Of a stretch of 64,000 bases of DNA, positions 56,064 through 64,000 are shown in pieces (the first letter of the stretch is position 1; each line of letters opens with the position of its first letter). The translations under genes were made by a program, and so were the position numbers. Under the pieces are notes generated by a model, which saw only the letters and a program-made list of their open reading frames with translations, was not told the DNA's origin and did not search any database. The DNA comes from an uncultured delta proteobacterium (GTDB taxonomy: Bacteria; Desulfobacterota; RBG-13-43-22). The stretch spans positions 1 to 64,000 of the forward strand of contig CAVQFQ010000012.1 in NCBI GenBank assembly GCA_963711835.1, read 5' to 3'.

Positions 56064-57207
56064 ATGGAGATATTAAATTATACAGAAGAACACCGCATTT
56101 TCCGCGATACGTTAAGAAAATTTTTAGAAAAAGAAGTGTACTCCCTTTGTGGACGAATGGGAAAAGGCCGGGATCGTACCCAAAAGCATCTGGAAAAAAA
56201 TGGGGGAGCAGGGTTTTCTCTGCCCTACGATCCCGGAGGAATACGGGGGAGTGGGAGCCGATTTTCTTTATTCGGTCATTGTCTGCGAGGAGCTGACCCG
56301 AACCAACCATACCGGTCTGGCGGCCCCGCTGCACAGCGATGTGGTCGTGCCCTATATCAGCGAATTCGGCTCGGAAGAGCAGAAGCAGAAATTCCTTCCC
56401 GGGTGCGTCTCCGGGGATATCATTACCGCCATTGCCATGACCGAGCCCAATACCGGCAGTGATCTGGCAGCCATCCGGACCACTGCCCTGGAAGTTGGAG
56501 ACCAGGTCGTTATCAACGGCCAAAAAACCTTTATCAGTAACGGCATTAACTGCGACCTGTTGATCCTGGCCGCCAGGGATACCCGGGAGGGAAACCCCTA
56601 CCAGGGCATTGACCTGTATCTGGTGGAGGCCGACAGGCCGGGATTCGAAAAGGGTAAAAAAATCCCCAAGATCGGCTGGCACAGCCAGGACACGGCCGAA
56701 CTCTATTTTACCGATTGTCGCATCCCCATAACCAATCGTCTGGGTCTGAAGGGGTCCGGTTTTCTGATGCTCATGAAGAAGCTGCAACAGGAACGATTGG
56801 TCTGTGCCATCGGGGCCGTTTCCGCAGCCGAGTATATCCTGCAATTAACCATTCCTTATACTAAGGAACGGATGGCCTTCGGCAAGCCTATCTCGAAATT
56901 CCAGGCCAACCAGTTCAAGATTGTGGAGATGGCCACCGAGGTGAAATTGGGCCGGACCTTTCTGGACAAGCTGATCGCCGATCACATGGAAGGGAAAGAC
57001 ATCGTCACCGAGGTCGCCATGGCCAAGTACTGGACCACGGACCTGGCCCACCGGGTGGCCGACCAATGCCTCCAGCTTCACGGCGGCTACGGCTACTGCG
57101 AGGAATATCCCATCGCCCGGGCCTGGCGGGATACCCGGGTCATGTCCATCTTCGCCGGGACCAACGAGATCATGAAAACCATCGTGGCCAAGATGATGGG
57201 GCTATAA
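56064..57207 (+). CDS. Acyl-CoA dehydrogenase (one +1 frameshift near 56139)
   Basis: YTEEHRIFRDTLRKFLEKEV | TPFVDEWEK; AMTEPNTGSD; QLHGGYGY; IFAGTNEI. Confidence 0.93.
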
Positions 57208-57290
57208 AACCCCTCTTGCTACTAGATAAGTAACCTGATAGGATTTTCATGAATCCGCCCCCTCCCTTCTCGGAGGCTGTGTCATAATTC

Positions 57291-57335
57291 GTCATCCCGG
57301 CCAAGTCCGCTTAGCGGACGCGAGCCGGGATCCAG
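57291..57335. repeat. REP-like palindrome
   Basis: GTCATCCCGG...GTCCGCTTAGCGGAC...CCGGGATCCAG. Confidence 0.7.
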
Positions 57336-57351
57336 AAACCTGATGCTATAA

Positions 57352-57556
57352 ATGATGGAACCTCTTTTCCGATTACAACGTCATGTCGCCAAGATGGCCA
57401 TCCAGGATCAACCTTCGGACTTCCTTTACTGGCAGAGTCAACCTCCTCAACTACGCCTGGCCGCTTTGGAGCATATCCGTTGCGAATACCACCAATGGAG
57501 ATACGGTGCTGAACCGCGACTTCAGAGAGTTTATCGAATTCTTAAACAGGAACGAA
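57352..57556 (+). pseudogene. Remnant of a small-protein + nucleotidyltransferase-like gene pair
   Basis: SDFLYWQSQPPQLRLAALEHIR...PRLQRVY overlaps a GTG-LNRDFREFIEFLN start that runs straight into the SnoaL gene. Confidence 0.5.
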
Positions 57557-57913
57557 ATGACCATCGAGAAGAATATTGCCGATTTCTTTACCTATTTCAA
57601 CAGCCGTGATCTTGAAAAATTAGGGGGCCTGCTCAAGCCGGAGGCCCGCTTCTTCTTTCCCAAGACCCAGCCCCTGCTGGGGATGGAACGCATCCTGAAA
57701 TTTCTTCACATCCTCTTCCGCCAGTACCCGGAACTGGTGTTTACTGTCCGGCGCACCATCGTCCAGGAAAACCGGGCCGCCATCCACTGGACCAACCAGG
57801 GCAAAAACCGCCGGGGCGAGCCCTACGAAAACGAGGGCGTTACCCTCCTGGAATTCGAGGACGGCCAAATCACCTTTATCAGCGACTTCTTCAAGGACAC
57901 CGGAAAGTTCTAA
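57557..57913 (+). CDS. SnoaL/NTF2-like domain protein
   Basis: FFTYFNSRDLEKLGGLL...YENEGVTLLEFEDGQITFISDFF. Confidence 0.8.
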   Translation: MTIEKNIADFFTYFNSRDLEKLGGLLKPEARFFFPKTQPLLGMERILKFLHILFRQYPELVFTVRRTIVQENRAAIHWTNQGKNRRGEPYENEGVTLLEFEDGQITFISDFFKDTGKF

Positions 57914-57960
57914 CCGCGCCGATCACCTACCGTAGGCAGGCTGTCGCCTGCATGAGCTTG

Positions 57961-58397
57961 TTAAACTGAAGCTTGGTCTTCGTAAAAGAATCCTCGGGGT
58001 GCCGGGTGACCGGCGTCACGAAAGGCAATGCCTTCCATCTCCAGTAGCCTTCGCTTCATTTTCAAACCGCCCTGATAGCCGCCCAAGCTCCCGTCGGAAC
58101 GGATCGCCCGATGGCAGGGGATAACAACCGGAAAAGGATTGGTCGCCAGGGCCGTCCCCACGGCGCGGGCGCCGTTCGGATTTCCCAAGTAGTTGGCAAT
58201 GAGTTTGTAGGTGCTGACGTTGCCGCGGGGAATACCGTACTCGGCAAGAAGGACCTTCCGTTGAAAGGCGGAGCACAGGTCGAGTCGGACCCCATCGAGA
58301 GAAAACCGAATAGCCTCGCCGTTCAGGAAAGCCTCAATCCGATCGAGAAGGATCTTGATCTCCGGGCAGGAAGAGGCGGCGGAATGGCAGGCAACGT
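57961..58397 (-). pseudogene. ogt: Methylated-DNA--protein-cysteine methyltransferase, 5'-truncated
   Basis: FQRKVL...IPRGNVSTY...ARAVGTA...NPFPVVIPCHR. The frame is open to about 58397 with no start codon and abuts a REP-like region. Confidence 0.75.
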
Positions 58398-58451
58398 CTT
58401 ACGGCACGCGGTCGAGAGGCTCTGGAGCCAGAGGCGAAAGACCCCTCTTCG

Positions 58452-58576
58452 GTCATTCCGACCGATTTTGCCTTGCTTAAAGGGTTTGATAAAAACCCCT
58501 TCTCATGCAAGTCGGTTCAACGTATCCCAGTCAAACCCTGTCAAGGCCCTGGATGCCGGATTAAGTCCAGCATGAC
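58452..58576. repeat. Degenerate paired REP-like element
   Basis: GTCATTCCG (58452) ... CTGGATGCCGGATTAAGTCCAGCATGAC (58549-58576). Confidence 0.6.
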
Positions 58577-58700
58577 AACTTAATAGCTCCGATCAGTTAA
58601 TTGATCGAGAGCCAGGGAGTAATTCGAAGATCTTTTCCCTAATGCCTAATCCCGGAAAAGTCAAACTTTGGGAGTGCGGTCAAACGGTTTATAAAGGAAA

Positions 58701-60332
58701 TTAATATTTGGCAAAAGGATTTTCGGAAAAGGAGACCGCCAGTTCGATAACCCGCATTTCCTTTGACCTCAGAGCAGACCTGTAAGGCCTGTTCAAGCCC
58801 CTGAGGAGTATCGACCCGATCGGCGCCGATACCGAAGGAGGCGGCCAGGGCCGGCAGGTCGGGATTAACCAGGTCTGTTTCGAAGTCCCCTCGGCCGTAG
58901 ATTTGACGTTGAAGGAGATCGATCATCCCGTAGGCCCCGTCATTGACTACGACCACGGGAAAGCCGATGCCGTGACGGCGACAGGTGGCCATTTCCTGGG
59001 CCCCGTACAAAAAACCGCCATCCCCGCTGACAGCGACCACCGGCCTTTCGGGACAGGCGATTTTTAGACCGATGGCCGCGGGAAAGCTGAAGCCGATAAT
59101 CGAGGACCCCTTGGCGGTAACCAGGCCGCCGGGCCTAAAGGATTGGTAGAAATACTCGGCCCAGTAGCCCAGCATGGTGTTGTCGATCACCAGGCTGCCG
59201 TCACGGGCAATGACCCGGCGCAGGGTATCGAGATAGTCTATTTCCCGGCATTTCTTAGCTATGGTTTTCCGCTCCTCCCTGCCCTTGTCCCGCAGGGCTG
59301 AGACCTGCCCCTCCCTGTTTCCGCTTTCCGGGGGCCTTGGATAGGATCCTTTCCGAAAGCCGGCGGGCGATGGCTCGGATATCACCAATGATCCTCATCT
59401 CGGCAGGATAATTCTTGTCGATCCAGGTATCGTTCCAGTCGACATGGATCAGTCGGGGCAGAGACACGCCTCGCCGGTAATAATCCGCGCTGCGCAGACG
59501 GGTCCCGATGGCCAGGGCGATCGTGCTGGAGGTAAGTATCTCCCGGACCACCCCGCGCCGGGCGGCGTTGCCAAAGGCCAGGTCATGATCTTCGGGGATC
59601 AGGCCCTTCCCTTCCGCATTGGTGACCAGCGGCGCCTGGAGCGCCTCGCAAATGGCCCGGATCTCTTCGCCGATACCGGCGCGGACGGCGCCCGTACCGG
59701 CAACGATCAGGGGACGTTCGGCCTCACAGAGGAGCTTCGCGGCCTGATCGAGATCGCCGGACCACGGCTCCGGATTTTGGGCCGGATCAGGGGAAGGCAC
59801 GGCCTCCCCTTCCCTGGAAACATCCCGGTCCCAGAGGTCTGTCGGGACTTCCAAATAGACCGGACCGGGACGCCCGGAAAGGGCCGTTTGAACGGCCTTG
59901 GGAACCATCGTCTTGTACGTCGTCCCCTTTTCGAAAGCAAAATCGCTCCTTGGTCATGTTTTTAAAAATAAGGTCCTGATCTTTCAGTTCGTGGAGAGTC
60001 CCCGTGCCCCGTCCGATCTTGTTGGTGGCAATATTCGTCGTGATGGCCAGGACCGGCGACGAGTTCCCCCAGGCCTCGACCAGGGGGGCCGCCATATAAC
60101 CGGCACCTGGACCTGTGGAGGTAATGACCACACCCACCCCTTTTCCGGCCCGGGCGTAACCGTCGGCCATATGGGTGGCGCAGGATTCATGCCGGCAGAG
60201 AATGTGCCTGATGGACGGCTCTTCCCGCAGGGCATCGTAGAAGCCGATATTGTGGATGCTGGGAATGCCGAAGACATGGTTTACCCCGGCTTTTTTTAAG
60301 GCCCGGACAAAAAGTTCTGAAACTCTGGCCAT
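58701..60332 (-). CDS. Thiamine pyrophosphate-dependent enzyme (acetolactate synthase-like), three +1 frameshifts
   Basis: VFGIP, RHESCATHMADGYAR, GRPGPVYLEVPTD and SGDGGF...VNDGAYG across three ORFs; the corrected C-terminus ...NPFAKY* ends at 58701. Confidence 0.88.
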
Positions 60333-60438
60333 CGATAAGACTCCTTTGATTGGTGTAGGGGTTTTGGGGGATCGCCCAGTCCAGCGGCGGCACGCTGCGC
60401 CGTCCGCTGTAACCGATTTTACCCCCCGGCAAAAGCAT

Positions 60439-62511
60439 TCACTCTCGGGGGGAGGAGACCTTCCGGATCCGGCAGCGGTTGGACTTCAGGTTCGGAAAAC
60501 CGGAGACCGGGTCCGGGGCTTCCGCTCCGGTAAGCTCATTGGCATTGGCCTCCTCCCACCCCTGGGGAATGTGGATGGTGTCCGGTTGAATGCCGGCCGT
60601 GAGCCCCGTCTTCAGCCGGATGCGGCCTACCGGGGTTTCCACCTCCGCCAGGTCCCCGTCGGCCAAACCGTACTGCCGGGCGGTATCGGGGTGAATCTCG
60701 ACCCGCGGTTCCGGGGCCAGGCGTCGAAGACGGGGAAGGGTGCGGTACTGCCAGTGCAGGTACGGGAGCAGGTTGGCACCGGTGCAGAGCAGCAGGGGAT
60801 AGTCGGTTTCCCCGGCGGACTCTCCTGACCCCACCACCGGGAGGGGGGAAGGGTCATAACCAAACCGCCGGAGACGCTCCGGCTCGACCTCCACTTTACC
60901 GCTGGGTGTCCTGAAGCCGCCGGTCTCATACTTGCGGTAGCGCCGCGCTTCGTACTCGAAGCAGCCTCCACGTTCCGCCAGGTCCGAGTAGGTGAGGCCG
61001 AGGTCGCCCAGGATGTGGTCGAGACCGTCCCGGGGACTGGCCCAGGGGAAGTGTTCGCCGAAACCCATGGCCTGCGCCAGCCTGGTCCAGATGGTCTGGT
61101 CCGGAAGTCCGTACACCGGTTCGAGCACTTTTTTTCGAAGCAGTATGAGTTGCTGGTTGTGGTACAAGGGCACCCGGTGCTCGTCCCGTTCCAGGAAGGT
61201 GCAGGCGGGCAGGATGACCTGGGCGGTACGGGTATCCGGGGAATCGACCACGTCGATAACCAGCAGGAACTCCAGTTTCTCGAGGGCCGCTCGAACCCTC
61301 CGACTGTTCGGCCACTCCAGGGAAGGATTGCCCCCGGCGATGATCATGGCCCGGATCGGGTACGGCCGGCCTTCCAGAATCGCGTCCGGTACGGCCAGTG
61401 CCTGGGCCTCCTGCCGCAGGTGACAGAACAGGGGAAAGGTGTCCGACCCCAGGGGCGGGACCGTTGACGGAGGGAGCGGAGCCGTAATATCTCGGAGCTT
61501 GGGCCCGGAGGAAAAAAGGTCTCCGCCCGGCACGTCCAGATTGCCGGTTACGGCCTTCAAAACGGCCAGCAGGCGCATGGTCTCGATCCCCCGTCCGTGA
61601 TGCTCCAGGCCGTTGCCGATCAGCAGACAGGCGGGTTTGGTCGAGGCATAGGCCACGGCGACCCGGCGGACCAGGTCCGCGGGCAGGCCGGTTTCGCGCT
61701 CCCCGGCCTCCGGTGAGAAACGATCGTCAGCGGCCCTCTCCAGCGCGGAAAACCCGTTTATCCAGGCATCCGTGAAGGGACGGTCCCACAGGCCCTGCCG
61801 CAGGATCACATGGAGCAGATTGGCCGCCACGACCCCATCCGTCCCGGGACGCACGGCCAGATGGTAGTCGGCCAGGCCGGCGGTCGGGGTCCGGCGCGGG
61901 TCCACCACGGCCAGCGCGGCGGTCCGGCGGGCCAGTCTACGCATTTCCAGCGGCGTGGTCGGTTCATTGGAAACCAGGGGGTTGCCGCCCCAGACCATCA
62001 GGAAACGGGTGTTGGGGATATCGGGGCGGGTGACCTGACCCAGCGTGAGGGTGTCCGCCATGGTCCGGGCGGCGTTGCACAGGGACCCGACCCCCATGAA
62101 GTTCGGCGTGCCGTAAACGTTGGCAAAACGCTTCATGTAGGACTTGATCTCCTGGTGCCCCACTCCCTCACCGTGGTAGATCGCCAGGCTCTGGGGACCG
62201 TAGGTTTTTCGGATGCGATGCAGTTCGCGGGCCGCCCGTCCCAGAGCTTCCTCCCAGGAGGCTTGGTGGAGGCGGCCATCACCTTGGCGGATGAGGGGGG
62301 TGGTGATTCTCCGGGGCGAGGAGAAGAAGTCCAGGGCCGCCAGGCCTTTGACGCACAGCCAACCCCGGCTGTACGGATGGCGCTTATCCCCTTTGACCCG
62401 CACCGGCCGCCCGTCCGGACCCAGCGACACCTCCAGGCCGCAGCCCTGTTCGCACATCCGGCAAAGGGTGGTGATGATCCGATCAGAGGCCCTGAGGTCT
62501 CTATGGCCCAT
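60439..62511 (-). CDS. Molybdopterin-dependent oxidoreductase catalytic subunit (bis-MGD family, cytoplasmic)
   Basis: CRMCEQGC...LCVKG 4Fe-4S motif; WGGNP; ILPACTFLE; C-terminal EIHPDTA; no Tat signal. Confidence 0.92.
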   Translation of the reverse strand: MGHRDLRASDRIITTLCRMCEQGCGLEVSLGPDGRPVRVKGDKRHPYSRGWLCVKGLAALDFFSSPRRITTPLIRQGDGRLHQASWEEALGRAARELHRIRKTYGPQSLAIYHGEGVGHQEIKSYMKRFANVYGTPNFMGVGSLCNAARTMADTLTLGQVTRPDIPNTRFLMVWGGNPLVSNEPTTPLEMRRLARRTAALAVVDPRRTPTAGLADYHLAVRPGTDGVVAANLLHVILRQGLWDRPFTDAWINGFSALERAADDRFSPEAGERETGLPADLVRRVAVAYASTKPACLLIGNGLEHHGRGIETMRLLAVLKAVTGNLDVPGGDLFSSGPKLRDITAPLPPSTVPPLGSDTFPLFCHLRQEAQALAVPDAILEGRPYPIRAMIIAGGNPSLEWPNSRRVRAALEKLEFLLVIDVVDSPDTRTAQVILPACTFLERDEHRVPLYHNQQLILLRKKVLEPVYGLPDQTIWTRLAQAMGFGEHFPWASPRDGLDHILGDLGLTYSDLAERGGCFEYEARRYRKYETGGFRTPSGKVEVEPERLRRFGYDPSPLPVVGSGESAGETDYPLLLCTGANLLPYLHWQYRTLPRLRRLAPEPRVEIHPDTARQYGLADGDLAEVETPVGRIRLKTGLTAGIQPDTIHIPQGWEEANANELTGAEAPDPVSGFPNLKSNRCRIRKVSSPRE

Positions 62512-62675
62512 GGTTCATCCCGAGGTTTTAAAGGGTTGAAGAGGTCCGACCAGATCTCTGCTATTCTTGGTTCGAGACGAAATATGATTGGCTCGCGGCA
62601 TCGGTGTTCCGGTTAGAAGCTTCTTTTTGGGGGTAAAAAGTGTGATGTAATGCCTTTTTTACCCTTATAAATCCA

Positions 62676-63059
62676 TCACCAGGCCCGATGGACCACCACA
62701 TCCGGCATGGGATAGTGCTTTTTATTGAGGGTATAGATGACTCCGCCCGTCTTCATGGCTGTGGCGGCTAATATAGCGCCATGAATATCCACCCCGTGAC
62801 CGGGGTGCCAGCGGCGGTATAATCCTCCGGCCAGATCGATAATTGGCTGGTCGACCGCAGCGGTTTTGAATTGGGACAGGAATAATTCAGTGGCTTTCTC
62901 CTCTTCGGGCCGCATAAAAAAGACGATCTCCGCCCTTTGCATGGCCCCGGTCCAAAGTTCATAACGGTGGTCCGCCCACATGGTCCTGAGAAAATGCAGG
63001 GCCTTTCGATCTCCTCGCAGGTGCCAGATCAGCACATCCGAATCAATATAGATCCTCAT
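62676..63059 (-). CDS. vapC: VapC/PIN-domain toxin
   Basis: IYIDSDVLI...AEI...TLNKKHYP; overlaps the upstream antitoxin. Confidence 0.85.
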   Translation of the reverse strand: MRIYIDSDVLIWHLRGDRKALHFLRTMWADHRYELWTGAMQRAEIVFFMRPEEEKATELFLSQFKTAAVDQPIIDLAGGLYRRWHPGHGVDIHGAILAATAMKTGGVIYTLNKKHYPMPDVVVHRAW

Positions 63060-63313
63060 GACTGATGTCGTTCCATGGATTTCCGGAAGCCCTCCCGAAC
63101 CCGAATAACGGTTTCCTGAGAGGATTCCGGCCTATTCCAGGCACCGCAAGTCTGGTCCAGAATATCAATCGCCTGGCTTGAAGCCGACTGATTCGCGTAA
63201 GAATGAATGGCCTCCTCAATAACAGCTTTTTTCGTCTTTTTCAGTTTTTGGGCCAGCAGACCGATTTTTCGGATAGTGGTTTCATCGACCCGGGCCGATA
63301 ATATTTTGTCCAT
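63056..63313 (-). CDS. Ribbon-helix-helix antitoxin
   Basis: ILSARVDE...TKKAVIEEAI; ATGA overlap with the PIN gene. Confidence 0.75.
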   Translation of the reverse strand: MDKILSARVDETTIRKIGLLAQKLKKTKKAVIEEAIHSYANQSASSQAIDILDQTCGAWNRPESSQETVIRVREGFRKSMERHQS

Positions 63314-63750
63314 TTTTAATCCCTCCCGATCTTTCGTTACCCTAAAACAGGCCCCATTAGTTTACTCTACAGCCATTTTTCTTACGTTTACATTATAACG
63401 TAAGTTCTGGTTCGGATCAACGCTTTTTTTGGATGGGGTACCGGAAGGAGGTGGTAAAACTGGGGTCTTTTACCCTCACCCGCAATTCCCTTTATGAAAA
63501 TAATAATCAGTCCGTTAGACCTCTTCTATTTCCAAGGTCCAGGAGCAGTCGATACAGCCCTTGATGGCATGTTTAACCTCCTGCAATTCTTCTATAATGG
63601 ACGTATGGCCAGAAGACATAACCACTGGCTGCGAAACCTTAACGGCTTTGGGTCCCGCCCTTTATTGAGATCACCTGGCAGGCTAAGGGGACAGTCAAGA
63701 GCAAGTTTCATGAGCCTCTTCGGCCCTATCCTCCAATTATCTTCGGAAAA

Positions 63751-64000
63751 TCAAAAACGATACTTGCCTCCTACGATCTCAAGATACAGCTCTTTTGTAA
63801 GCGGCACGTATGTTTCAGTGCCGGGCAGAATTACGTACAAAGGCTCTGAAACCTTTGCCGGATCAAAGGCCTCATTCCTGAGTGCGGTTTTCTTGATCTT
63901 GTGAGTGGCCGTCGTTTCGAACGCCTTCATGAACCGGATGAACCTTGGAACGGCATAGTGGGGCAGGCCCTTGACGACAATCTCCCCTAACGCTTTCATA
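63751..64000 (-). CDS. Long-chain acyl-CoA synthetase (FATP type), C-terminal part, continuing beyond the window
   Basis: LPHYAVPRFIR...TTATHKIKKTALRNEAFDP. Confidence 0.85.
   Translation of the reverse strand, partial: MKALGEIVVKGLPHYAVPRFIRFMKAFETTATHKIKKTALRNEAFDPAKVSEPLYVILPGTETYVPLTKELYLEIVGGKYRF

Noticed and set aside
57291-58576. Composite REP-flanked mobile unit carrying SnoaL and ogt
   Set aside because: The right-hand REP half has a nearer partner at 58452, so the long-range pairing is not needed.
63515-63730. Possible frameshifted small gene on the minus strand (LACQV...GCIDCSWTLEIEEV*)
   Set aside because: It needs at least one frame correction and has no clear start or family; too weak to call.

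Overview
This window looks like a Desulfobacterota (deltaproteobacterial)-type chromosome segment with four zones. (1) 1-~9500 is a lower-GC accessory region where all genes lie on the minus strand. They are separated by two kinds of palindromic non-coding element that share GGGACG...CGTCCC termini: four copies of a ~285-bp family 'A' and one 171-bp hairpin 'B'. No transposase or integrase is present. This cassette-like array is the best candidate for an undescribed system. (2) 9927-43956 is the complete core translation/transcription supercluster on the minus strand: tRNA-Thr/Tyr/Gly/Thr, tuf, rpmG, tRNA-Trp, secE, nusG, rplKAJL, rpoBC, str, S10, spc and alpha operons, with two near-identical tuf copies. 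(3) 44157-48141 holds miscellaneous genes: a PH-domain protein, a TlpA-like thioredoxin, a creatininase, a PAS hybrid kinase and a prepilin. (4) 48493-64000 holds a probably TetR-controlled lipid/acyl-CoA catabolic cluster with two unusual multidomain fusions sharing a 681-bp near-identical SDR segment, followed by REP-like repeats, gene fragments, a TPP enzyme, a molybdopterin oxidoreductase, a vapBC pair and part of an acyl-CoA synthetase. Twelve single-base-insertion frameshifts occur only in the flanks and are probably sequencing artefacts. All functional calls come from motif recognition by eye; no database searches were run.
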